DNA from: a virus
Taxonomy: Duplodnaviria; Caudoviricetes
IMG/VR virus record: IMGVR_UViG_3300025875_000011
Span: 1-64,000 of that record
DNA: 64,000 nucleotides
Direction: 5' to 3' (one strand)
The notes below the pieces were generated by a model, which did no database searches, was not told the DNA's origin, and was given only the letters and a program-made list of their open reading frames with translations. Shown one piece after another: positions 54,833-62,708 of this stretch (position 1 is the first letter of the stretch; each line of letters starts with the position of its first letter). The translations under genes and the position numbers were made by a program.

Positions 54833-55506
54833 CAACGCGTCCCCCCGTGGACGGGACAGGCCCGGACCCGGATGGGGATGGCGACTTCCCCGCCGAACAT
54901 GGTCATCGTCTCGAACTCGCACTCACGGCACGGCGTGTGGAGGTCATAGGTCACCTTCGGCGTGGTCGCGGTGACGTGGGGGAGCGACACCGCGTCGTGG
55001 GCGCGGATCCGGTCGGCGTCCCGGCGGAAGACGCGGATCCGGTCGGCGTCCCGGTGGAACCGGTCGACCTCCAGGGCCACGATGCTGTTCACGGGAAGGT
55101 CCCCGGGGATCGCTTGGCCGAGGGGGACGTACGCGGCTACCTCCACCCCCGACATCGGTGGCCTGGCCGGACCCTTCGGGGGGTCGGGGCGCTGCTGCTC
55201 CTCGCGGGGGACCGACGCGTTGTGGAGGCGGTAGGCCAACAGCTCGGCCTCGACGATCACCTCGTCGAGGGGACGGTTCGCGGCCAGGGCCACGCGGACG
55301 CGGGGGTCGCACCCCTCGTACGGGTCCGGGAGTGCGGGTGGTGGCTTCGCCGGCCCGAACGCGATCCGGGTCCACGTCTTCTCCATCCCGGTCCCGAGGC
55401 CGCGCATCAGCCCGACCATCCCATGCTGGACGACCAGCACGATCAGGGTCGAGACCACGGCGGCCAGGAAGATGAGCAAGCCCACGTCGGTCACAGGGGT
55501 CTCCAT
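54829..55506 (-). CDS. Membrane-anchored hypothetical protein
   Basis: N-terminal TM helix, C-terminal CxxC..C..H. Confidence 0.6.
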   Translation of the reverse strand: METPVTDVGLLIFLAAVVSTLIVLVVQHGMVGLMRGLGTGMEKTWTRIAFGPAKPPPALPDPYEGCDPRVRVALAANRPLDEVIVEAELLAYRLHNASVPREEQQRPDPPKGPARPPMSGVEVAAYVPLGQAIPGDLPVNSIVALEVDRFHRDADRIRVFRRDADRIRAHDAVSLPHVTATTPKVTYDLHTPCRECEFETMTMFGGEVAIPIRVRACPVHGGTRW

Positions 55507-55916
55507 TCCAGGTAGGCCGCGACGGCCTCACGCCAGCCGTCGGGCAGGTGCGGATGGTCGTCTTCGAGCCAGGACACCGTCAGGTCGGGCCACCACAAGC
55601 GCCACCCGTTCAGCGACCACCACGGACGTTCGAGCGGGTCCTGGGCGCGGTGGAGGACCCAGCCGAGCGCGTGTCCGAGGTCGGGGTGGTGCTCGACCCA
55701 CCCGTGACAGCCCGTCGTCCCCGACCCGCACAGACACACCCCGTTCGTGGGGTGGCTGATCTTCGCCAGCTTCGTCCCGCCCATCCCCCGCGCGATCCGG
55801 TGCTGGGTCGTCAGCGGGGACGGCGCTCCGCACCCGACGCAGCGCCACAGCGCGGCCGTGATGATCGCGTCCCGCGCGGCCGGGGAGAACGACCCGTCCG
55901 GCGTCTCGAACGTCAC
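55491..55916 (-). CDS. HNH endonuclease
   Basis: CVGC...QHRIARGMGG...NGVCLCGSGTTGCHGWVEHHP; start chosen at GTG 55916, uncertain. Confidence 0.8.
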   Translation of the reverse strand: MTFETPDGSFSPAARDAIITAALWRCVGCGAPSPLTTQHRIARGMGGTKLAKISHPTNGVCLCGSGTTGCHGWVEHHPDLGHALGWVLHRAQDPLERPWWSLNGWRLWWPDLTVSWLEDDHPHLPDGWREAVAAYLEWRPL

Positions 55917-56097
55917 CGGCCGTCCCGGACGATCTTGGCCTGGGTCTCCTCGACGGTTCGCTGGGCCCCGTCGCAGAACTCGGCACCCTTCCCGGGGTGC
56001 TGGTTGTGGTAGCGCATCACCCCAGCGTTCGACACTGACACCCTCCGGTAGCAGGATGGACACTCGACCTGCTTGGTACTCGCGGGGCGGTTGGTAG

Positions 56098-56442
56098 CTA
56101 GCCACAGTCGACCACCAGGAGATCGTCGACGAACGCGGCCGGGTACTTACCAGGGGCCAGGCCGATGTACCGGATGAACTCGGCCGCGCCGATCATCCCC
56201 GACCCCCCGGCGCGGAACGTGGTGTCGCTGGACCCCGCGCACGCGCGGATCGCGATCCTCTCGCACCACGGCCCTGACGCGGTCGTGACGAGCGGGGGCC
56301 CGTCGTAGAGCAGGTGGACGTACGTCGGCTGGTCGAGGGCCCGGTACGCGGCCATGTTGAGCCGCAGGACCCCGTTCTCCTGGACCGTGACCAGCATCGG
56401 ACCGCGCGCGGCGCGCGGCCGGTGGAACACCTCGAACGTCAC
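56098..56442 (-). CDS. Hypothetical protein
   Basis: 4-bp overlap packing; GC3 bias. Confidence 0.6.
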   Translation of the reverse strand: MTFEVFHRPRAARGPMLVTVQENGVLRLNMAAYRALDQPTYVHLLYDGPPLVTTASGPWCERIAIRACAGSSDTTFRAGGSGMIGAAEFIRYIGLAPGKYPAAFVDDLLVVDCG

Positions 56443-56741
56443 GGGGTCTCCACCTTCCACGCCTCCCACTTCTCGAACGGGCCGCAAGGGACCTTCCAGC
56501 CGCCTTCCCGGGTCTCGCCTTCCAGGCTCAGTTCGGGGAACACCCGCTGTGCGCCTGGAAGGACTTCGGCCAGGTCACTGTCGCGGATGAACCGCTCGTG
56601 GCTCGACGGCTTTCGCTTCGCGTGCGACCACTTCCTGCACTTCGAGCACCGCCACAACGTCTCCGAGATCGTCGGCTGGGTGGCCTTCGTGATCCTCGGG
56701 GGCGGGACGTACGGCTCGAGCGGAGCCACGCTCCCCTTCAC
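56439..56741 (-). CDS. Hypothetical protein (CxxC)
   Basis: WRCSKCRKWSH; overlapped packing. Confidence 0.6.
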   Translation of the reverse strand: MKGSVAPLEPYVPPPRITKATQPTISETLWRCSKCRKWSHAKRKPSSHERFIRDSDLAEVLPGAQRVFPELSLEGETREGGWKVPCGPFEKWEAWKVETP

Positions 56742-57187
56742 GACGGCTCCAGGGCGTCGGGGTGGGTCTCCGCGAACGCGGGGTGCTGGCCCTTGATGTG
56801 GTTGCGGACGTTCTCGAACGACCGCTGGCAGCACGGACACACCCCGTTGGAGATCCGGTTCCGGAGTCGCGTCAGGTGACCCCGGACGGCGGCCGCGGAC
56901 CGACGCTCGTGCGCGGCGCGCTCCCGGTGGAACTGCTCGTTCTCCCGCGCCGTCTTGGCCTGCGCGCGGAGCCGCTCGTTCTGGAACCGCAGATTCTCGG
57001 CCTCGGTCTCGTGGTCGTAGACATTCGAGTGGCCGTTCGGGCAGTAGAACGTCCCGTGGTCCTCCCGGCGGCGGCGCTCGAAGTCCTGGCCGATCCCGAA
57101 GTCGATCCCGCACCCAGCGCACTGGATGATGTCGATCGCCTTCTCGACGTAGACAGTGCGGGTCTGGGCTGTGATGGTGATGCTCAT
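56738..57187 (-). CDS. Zinc-binding coiled-coil phage protein
   Basis: CAGCG...FYCPNGH...coiled coil...CPCCQRSF...H...H. Confidence 0.75.
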   Translation of the reverse strand: MSITITAQTRTVYVEKAIDIIQCAGCGIDFGIGQDFERRRREDHGTFYCPNGHSNVYDHETEAENLRFQNERLRAQAKTARENEQFHRERAAHERRSAAAVRGHLTRLRNRISNGVCPCCQRSFENVRNHIKGQHPAFAETHPDALEPS

Positions 57188-57453
57188 CGAGGTTCCTCCT
57201 GGTTGATGTCGGGGTCGTCGCCTTCCTGGATGAAGCGGACCCCGCGCAAAATGTGGGTGAACAGGGCCGCGAAGATCACCAAGGCCAGCAGGTACTCGAG
57301 GCGGTCGAACCACGGCCGGTCCTGGTGGAAGACGTTGCCGACCCACCCGACAGCGAGACCGAGTGGCACCCCCCACAGCACGAGACGACGCCGGCGCTCG
57401 GCGTCCTCGACGTCGCGGTAGACAGCGGTCGCCCAGTAGCGGCGCTCGCTCAC
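57184..57453 (-). CDS. Two-TM membrane protein
   Basis: Two hydrophobic helices. Confidence 0.65.
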   Translation of the reverse strand: MSERRYWATAVYRDVEDAERRRRLVLWGVPLGLAVGWVGNVFHQDRPWFDRLEYLLALVIFAALFTHILRGVRFIQEGDDPDINQEEPR

Positions 57454-57755
57454 GACGGCTCCTTCACCTGGAAGTAGTAGGTCCGGCCGTCTTTCTCCGC
57501 GCCGAGCTGGTGGTCGCCTCTCGGGACCCACGCGACGAGGTCGGCCTGCTCGATGAACTCGACCACGTCGGCCAGGTCCCAGTCGGCCCCGAACGAGCCT
57601 CCCCGCGAGTGGACGATCACGCGCTGCTCCCCGCAGGTGTGGTCGCAGTGGTCGCACCCCTGACGGATCGTGAACGCCTGGTCCTTCACCGCGGCGACAG
57701 CGGCCGGTCGCTCCTCGGGGGTGAGCATCCGGGCTACCCTGACCTGCTCGCTCAT
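57450..57755 (-). CDS. Hypothetical protein
   Basis: SD GAAGGAG; 101 aa. Confidence 0.7.
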   Translation of the reverse strand: MSEQVRVARMLTPEERPAAVAAVKDQAFTIRQGCDHCDHTCGEQRVIVHSRGGSFGADWDLADVVEFIEQADLVAWVPRGDHQLGAEKDGRTYYFQVKEPS

Positions 57756-58471
57756 GCTCCGATCTCCTTCACGCCGACGAGCTTGGCGAACTGGGACACC
57801 TGGTCGAGGATCAGGCCAGCGGTCTCGGCCTTCTTCTCCTTGTCGAACCGGCCGGACCACGTCACCTTCTTCGGGACGGCGGTGGCCCACGGCCACTCCT
57901 CCCCCGTCTCGGAGTCGACGACGACGAGGCGAGACGACCGGTCACGGTCCGGATGCGTCTCATCCGGCCCCGGCTCCTCCCAGGTGACGATCTTGGCCCG
58001 CTCGGTGAGGTACGGGATCACCCACTCGGCGATCTTCTCCGGGACCGTCCGGGGAGGGAACGCAGCCCGGAGCGCAGCGAGAGCGATGGTCCTGGCAAAC
58101 ACCTTCTCGAACACGGGGGAAGACACCGACTCCACGGCGGTCACCGCGCGGCGCAGCTGGTGCTCGTCGAACGTGTCCTCGTCGTGCTCGGGGACGACCG
58201 ACAGCACCTCCTCGCGGCCCTCGCGCGGGTCGTAGGGGAGGTTCTCCACCAGCCACGCGCGGAGGTCGGCCGACGACAGGATGTCGACGTGGGCCTCGCT
58301 GGTGGAGGTGTAGACCTTCCCGAACGGCGTGGTGAAGGTGCTCGTCCCGGTGGCCTCAGCGGTCGGGACGACGTTCTCCTCTAGGACCACGTCGGCCGCG
58401 GCCTTTGCGGCGTCAGCGATCACGCGGAGCGCGGCGTACGCGTCAGCGGGACGCACCGTCAGCGCGGTCAC
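57752..58471 (-). CDS. Hypothetical protein in recombination module
   Basis: 239 aa, downstream of the Rad52-like gene. Confidence 0.7.
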   Translation of the reverse strand: MTALTVRPADAYAALRVIADAAKAAADVVLEENVVPTAEATGTSTFTTPFGKVYTSTSEAHVDILSSADLRAWLVENLPYDPREGREEVLSVVPEHDEDTFDEHQLRRAVTAVESVSSPVFEKVFARTIALAALRAAFPPRTVPEKIAEWVIPYLTERAKIVTWEEPGPDETHPDRDRSSRLVVVDSETGEEWPWATAVPKKVTWSGRFDKEKKAETAGLILDQVSQFAKLVGVKEIGA

Positions 58472-59319
58472 GACTGGACCTCGTCGGTGCGCTGCGCGTC
58501 CTCAGCGGAGGGTGCGTCGGGAAGCGCACCGTCCCGCTCTACCTCGAGTTCGGTGGCGAAGCTGTTGAGGTCCGCGAGGTCGGCCCCGTTGTACTTCCGG
58601 GCGATGAGCTCGGCGCGGACCGCGTCCATCCGGGCCGACGGAGACAGGTCCGGGTAGAGGTCGGTGTGGACCGCGAACACCCGGTCGCGGGCCTCCTGGA
58701 GGAGACGCTGCTCCCGGTTCTCCTCCGGGGCCTGCGACTCCCGCGAGGGCTGGGTGTTCCCCTCCGGCTCAGGGTCGGTGTGGAGGTTCGCGGCGTGGTC
58801 CGACTTGCTCCACAGGTAGGTCCCGATCCCGAACCGCATCCCCGCGTTGCGGAGAGCGTCGCCGATGGTCTCCTTCGTGGCGTTGTGGCCGGTCTTCCCC
58901 TGCGCGTCGCCGTAGCCCTTCTTCGTCACCCCGAGGATCGTCAGGGTGATCCACATCCCGCCGTCGATGATCCCGGGCGTCCCGGACGGGTGGTGGGCCA
59001 TCGAGTCCCAGTCCCAGTTCTCCGGGCCGACGACGGTGTTGAGCCGCATCGTCAGACCGGCGTGGCCGACGTAGTCGAGGTGGACGGAGCGCGCGTGGCG
59101 CTTCCCGCAGAACACGCCGTCCGCGGAGTAGCGCGACCCCTGGACGCACTGGCCGTAGTCCTTGTCGTCCTTCGACACGGCCTTGGGCAGCTTCTCGATC
59201 TCGGCCTCGGGGAACGGAGCAGCGAGCGCAGCCCAGCGCGGGTCGCGGTGGGAGGCCAGGTAGTCGCGGACCTGCTCCTCGGTGATCTCGACCTTGGGGG
59301 CCGGAGCGGTGGGGCTCAT
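58468..59319 (-). CDS. Rad52/Sak-like single-strand annealing protein
   Basis: LDYVGHAGLTMRLNTVVG..NWDW...KKGYG...KETIGDALRNAGMRFGIGTYLW. Confidence 0.88.
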   Translation of the reverse strand: MSPTAPAPKVEITEEQVRDYLASHRDPRWAALAAPFPEAEIEKLPKAVSKDDKDYGQCVQGSRYSADGVFCGKRHARSVHLDYVGHAGLTMRLNTVVGPENWDWDSMAHHPSGTPGIIDGGMWITLTILGVTKKGYGDAQGKTGHNATKETIGDALRNAGMRFGIGTYLWSKSDHAANLHTDPEPEGNTQPSRESQAPEENREQRLLQEARDRVFAVHTDLYPDLSPSARMDAVRAELIARKYNGADLADLNSFATELEVERDGALPDAPSAEDAQRTDEVQS

Positions 59320-59501
59320 CGGATGCCTTCCGTGTTGCTGGTCTGGTGGTGGGCGCGGGGAGGGACGACGCAGTAGTGGTACCGCGTGATCCGGGGGCCG
59401 GCTGGGGTGGCGACGACGTCGAAGCCGAGGACCCCGTACCCGTTGCACCCGACGGAGTGGCCGTCCTCGCGGACGGGAACCTCACTGGTGGTGGTGGACA
59501 T
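59316..59501 (-). CDS. Small leaderless hypothetical protein
   Basis: ATG 6 nt after a consensus -10. Confidence 0.6.
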   Translation of the reverse strand: MSTTTSEVPVREDGHSVGCNGYGVLGFDVVATPAGPRITRYHYCVVPPRAHHQTSNTEGIR

Positions 59502-59507
59502 GCCCCG

Positions 59508-59536
59508 AGCCTAGCCGCCCTGGTCATTTCGGTCAA
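59508..59536 (-). promoter_or_regulatory. Leftward sigma70 promoter TTGACC-N17-TAGGCT
   Basis: Plus-strand ggtcaa 59531-59536 and agccta 59508-59513. Confidence 0.75.
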
Positions 59537-59550
59537 GACACCCACGATGG

Positions 59551-59579
59551 TTGACAACGGACAATCTGCCCGCCAGGAT
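59551..59579 (+). promoter_or_regulatory. Rightward sigma70 promoter TTGACA-N17-CAGGAT
   Basis: Back to back with the leftward promoter; ATG 6 nt after the -10. Confidence 0.65.
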
Positions 59580-59585
59580 GGAGCC

Positions 59586-59765
59586 ATGCCACCACCCACC
59601 GAGCAGACCTGGGTCACCCCAGAGGAAGCCGCCAAGGACCAGGGGGTCGACGCGCGGACCGTCCGCCGCTGGGCCCGCACCGGGAGGATCGCCGCGAAGC
59701 GGACCCCGGGCAACCGCTGGCGGATCCTGTTCCCCGTCACCACCACCGAAGGAGACCAGCCGTGA
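59586..59765 (+). CDS. MerR/excisionase-type HTH protein (59 aa)
   Basis: [39 protein letters not shown]. Confidence 0.88.
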   Translation: MPPPTEQTWVTPEEAAKDQGVDARTVRRWARTGRIAAKRTPGNRWRILFPVTTTEGDQP

Positions 59766-60025
59766 AGTTCCGCAAGAAGCCCGTCGAGGTCGAGGCCGTC
59801 CTCTGGACCGGACACAACCTCGTCGAGGCCATCACGTTCGTGAACACCGAGGACGTGGTGGCGCGCGGCGACAAGTTCGAGATCGTCACTCTCGAAGGAA
59901 CGATGACCGCCTCGCCGGGGGACTGGATCATCCGGGGAGTTCACGGCGAGTTCTACCCCTGCAAACCGGACATCTTCGACGAGACCTACGAGCCGGTCAC
60001 CACCACCGAAGGAGACCAGCCGTGA
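59736..60025 (+). repeat. Exact 30-nt direct repeat GTCACCACCACCGAAGGAGACCAGCCGTGA
   Basis: Copies at 59736-59765 and 59996-60025, each forming a gene 3' end (VTTTEGDQP*) and the next gene's SD. Confidence 0.9.
59762..60025 (+). CDS. Conserved phage protein (KKPVxVEA family)
   Basis: [15 protein letters not shown]...[31 protein letters not shown]. Confidence 0.85.
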   Translation: MKFRKKPVEVEAVLWTGHNLVEAITFVNTEDVVARGDKFEIVTLEGTMTASPGDWIIRGVHGEFYPCKPDIFDETYEPVTTTEGDQP

Positions 60026-60291
60026 TGGAGTACCGGATCACGTTCGGCCAGCGGTACCCCCGGGAGCCCCACCCCACGTTCCCCCAGGCCCACAAGGACG
60101 GTTACCTGACCGTCGTCGCCAGAGACTCGGAGGACGCTCGGACCCAGACGAACGACGCCCTCGGACCCCGCTGGGCCGCGGCCTACCCCCCGGGATTCCT
60201 CGACGACCACTGGGTCCCGCTCGGCGAGCTCGGCCGCTTGGAGAACGGCGTCCTCACCCCCACCACCACCACCGAAGGAGCACAGGCATGA
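60025..60291 (+). CDS. Hypothetical protein
   Basis: YRITFGQRY..EPHPTF; coupled start. Confidence 0.7.
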   Translation: MEYRITFGQRYPREPHPTFPQAHKDGYLTVVARDSEDARTQTNDALGPRWAAAYPPGFLDDHWVPLGELGRLENGVLTPTTTTEGAQA

Positions 60292-60701
60292 CCGCGCCCG
60301 CGTACGGACCATCCCGAGCCGGCGGGACCGGCATCATCGAGATCGAGGACCTCCGTCGCCGCATCCAGGCCCTGGAGGACACCCTCAACACGATGATCCA
60401 GACGGCCTCCCGCGAACTCACCCGCCGCCTCGAGGACGAGCTCGCCACCTGGGGAGACGTCCCCGACCGGCTGGCCCGCGTCGAGGACCTCCTGTCCCCG
60501 CTCACCGTCGACCCGACCGGCCCCGACGTCGAGTGGTCCTACCGGCGCAGCGACGGCATCCTCCGACCCGTCCCGGCCGACCCGGAGGAGCGACTGGCCC
60601 TGATCACGGCCGGCGTCCCGCTGACCCCCGTCGTCCGCAACACCCGCGAGGACGGCCGGATGGTCGTCCTCCCCCTCCCCGAGATGGCGAAGGCTCCGTG
60701 A
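60288..60701 (+). CDS. Hypothetical protein
   Basis: Coiled-coil N-terminus; coupled start. Confidence 0.65.
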   Translation: MTAPAYGPSRAGGTGIIEIEDLRRRIQALEDTLNTMIQTASRELTRRLEDELATWGDVPDRLARVEDLLSPLTVDPTGPDVEWSYRRSDGILRPVPADPEERLALITAGVPLTPVVRNTREDGRMVVLPLPEMAKAP

Positions 60702-61129
60702 CCCCCGGAGACGAGAAGCAGGTCGACCGGTTCGCCGCGTTCCTCCGAATCATGGCCGAGGCCGTCGTCGACCCGAACGGTGGACGCCTCGTCACCGACG
60801 AGACCAGGCGGTACGCGCTCGGTGAGGACGTGGAGCCCGTCCCCGTCGACGACACCCACCCGGCCACCTGGACGCTCCGAGGTCCGAGCCGAGCCACCAA
60901 GATCGGTGGAGACGTCGGTGAGCGGGTGCATCGTCCCGGTCCTTCGTGGCGGCCACCGGACGCGAACTCGACCCCAGGGGACCATCGCCTCTTCCCGCGC
61001 GAGCCCGAGGGGGACTGGTACTGCACCGGATGCGTGTGGGCGTTCGGGTACCGGGTCCCCGCAGACCGCGCCCGGGAGGTGTGGTGGAGCGACGAACGCC
61101 ACCCTGACCCTGAACTAGGAGGCTCGTGA
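60698..61129 (+). CDS. Hypothetical protein
   Basis: GTG overlapping the upstream stop; WYCTGC. Confidence 0.6.
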   Translation: MTPGDEKQVDRFAAFLRIMAEAVVDPNGGRLVTDETRRYALGEDVEPVPVDDTHPATWTLRGPSRATKIGGDVGERVHRPGPSWRPPDANSTPGDHRLFPREPEGDWYCTGCVWAFGYRVPADRAREVWWSDERHPDPELGGS

Positions 61130-61461
61130 TGATCACCGAGAAGGTCGCTGTCCTGTACCGGGGCGGTCCGGAGTCCGACGCCCGCCTCCACCTGGGAGTG
61201 GGGAACCATCCGACCCCTCCGGGGTGCGCGGGAGCGAAGCCGCAGCAGGTCCTGGCCCGGACGTACCCCTACCTGGTGTCGCTCCTCGCGCCGGCGTCGA
61301 CCCCGCTCCTCGCGGCGCTGAACGAGGTCGCGGAGCAGCTGGCGATCCGGGCCCTGGGCCAGTCGCTCACCGACTCCCAGCGCGAGCGGCTGTGCCAGCG
61401 GTGCGCGACGGACCTCGCAGACGCAGAAAAGCCCCCCACCTCCGAAGAGGTGGGGGGCTGA
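61126..61461 (+). CDS. Hypothetical protein
   Basis: SD AGGAGG; 111 aa. Confidence 0.6.
   Translation: MMITEKVAVLYRGGPESDARLHLGVGNHPTPPGCAGAKPQQVLARTYPYLVSLLAPASTPLLAALNEVAEQLAIRALGQSLTDSQRERLCQRCATDLADAEKPPTSEEVGG
61427..61460 (-). terminator. Rho-independent terminator of the lysis operon
   Basis: agccccccacc-tccgaaga-ggtggggggct stem with a plus-strand AAAA (U-tract on minus). Confidence 0.75.
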
Positions 61462-61500
61462 TCCGGCCTGGTCGCCAGGGGCGAACCTAGCGGGTGGTGG

Positions 61501-61608
61501 TCAGGCGCGACCGGACGCGCGGCCGGCCGCGCTCGCCGTCTCCGCGAGGACCGTGATCAGCGGGATGCTCACGGCGACGGCGGTGGCGATGCGGGTGCGG
61601 ATCTTCAT
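61501..61608 (-). CDS. 35-aa secreted peptide precursor (not in ORF track)
   Basis: MKIRTRIATAVAVSIPLITVLAETASAAGRASGRA; SD AGGAGG; signal-peptide architecture. Confidence 0.7.
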   Translation of the reverse strand: MKIRTRIATAVAVSIPLITVLAETASAAGRASGRA

Positions 61609-61734
61609 GGGGTTCCTCCTGGTGGGCCAGGCTCCAGAGCGGGGCCTGTTGAGGGAGAACCTATGGGCCGTCGTTACGGATCGGGCCGTCGTAGGAGCAG
61701 CAGGAACCGGACATGTCCGCTACTTGCCACCCGG

Positions 61735-61974
61735 TCAGCCTCGACGCAGCGGGTCCCGCTTGAGGTAGGACGAGATCGTCGTCGCGGCGCTGGTGAGGAC
61801 CGCGAAGACGAGGACCCCGAGGATCGGGCTGTGGATCGGCAGCGAGTCCGGGTTCGCGATGATGTAGACGATCGTCGCCAGGATCGCGGGGGCCAGGAAC
61901 GACGCGACAGCCGCGGCGATCACCTTCGGGCTCCACGTCGTCTCGGGGTTGACGTGGGCGGGGACGGTGGACAT
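61735..61974 (-). CDS. Holin
   Basis: 79 aa, two TM helices, basic C-terminus, downstream of the endolysin. Confidence 0.8.
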   Translation of the reverse strand: MSTVPAHVNPETTWSPKVIAAAVASFLAPAILATIVYIIANPDSLPIHSPILGVLVFAVLTSAATTISSYLKRDPLRRG

Positions 61975-61994
61975 GGTGCTCCTTCGGTTGAGGG

Positions 61995-62708
61995 TCAGAC
62001 CAGCCGGACCGGCCGGCCGTACAGGTTGAGGGTGGTGTGGCCGAGCTGCCCGACCGAGAACCCGACGATGACCCACGGCTCCCCGTCGATCTCCGCGACG
62101 GTGACACCTTCGGGCTCGTAGCGGCCACCGATCGGGTTCCCCTTCACGTCGCGGGCCACCGCGTCGAGGTCGATCCGCCCGACCTCCACGGTCCCGTCGA
62201 TGACCTGGAGCCACGCGTTCTCCCCTGGGTGCCAGGCCGGGTCGGTCTTGATCGACCCACCGTGGAGCCGGACCCACCGGGTCCCGCCGAGGTGAGCGTC
62301 TCCCTGGGACCCGTTCGGGCGGGGGAGCGGACACGACGGCGGGGCCTTCGTCGGCTCGGTCGTGAACTCGGGGCCGAACGTGACCTTCGACCACACGCCG
62401 TTGATGCGGGTGACCATGTGGCCGTCGGCGTGGTCGGTCCGGTCCCCGTGACCGCCGCCGATGACCGTCCGCGTCTCCACGGCCAGGCCACCGCCCGCCT
62501 CGTAGCGGGACAGGACCAGGTCGTCGCCGGCGTTCGTCGGCTGGTCGGCCCGGTCGCGTCCCTGGGTCCCGCCCCACCCACCGGCGATCGGGACCCCGTA
62601 CTGCGGGACGACGTCGGTGTCAGCGGGGACGAGGTTGACCAGGAACTTCCAGCCCGGGTCAGGCTCCGGGGGCAGGGGGAGCGGGGTCGGGAAACGGGGC
62701 GGCCCCAA
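61995..62708 (-). CDS. Possible TagC/P68-RBP-like beta-propeller fragment (start uncertain)
   Basis: IGGGHG and RYEPEGVTV motifs; located between endolysin and holin. Confidence 0.45.
   Translation of the reverse strand: MGPPRFPTPLPLPPEPDPGWKFLVNLVPADTDVVPQYGVPIAGGWGGTQGRDRADQPTNAGDDLVLSRYEAGGGLAVETRTVIGGGHGDRTDHADGHMVTRINGVWSKVTFGPEFTTEPTKAPPSCPLPRPNGSQGDAHLGGTRWVRLHGGSIKTDPAWHPGENAWLQVIDGTVEVGRIDLDAVARDVKGNPIGGRYEPEGVTVAEIDGEPWVIVGFSVGQLGHTTLNLYGRPVRLV

Noticed and set aside
55917-56105. N-terminal extension of the HNH ORF as given in the track
   Set aside because: Atypical codons; another frame here reads VECPSCYRR...MRYHNQH...FCDG, which looks more like a small zinc-ribbon gene, but its start could not be fixed, so neither is called
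61621-61700. GTAACG upstream of the peptide gene as a SigD-type -35
   Set aside because: No matching GAT-type -10 at the expected spacing; too weak to call
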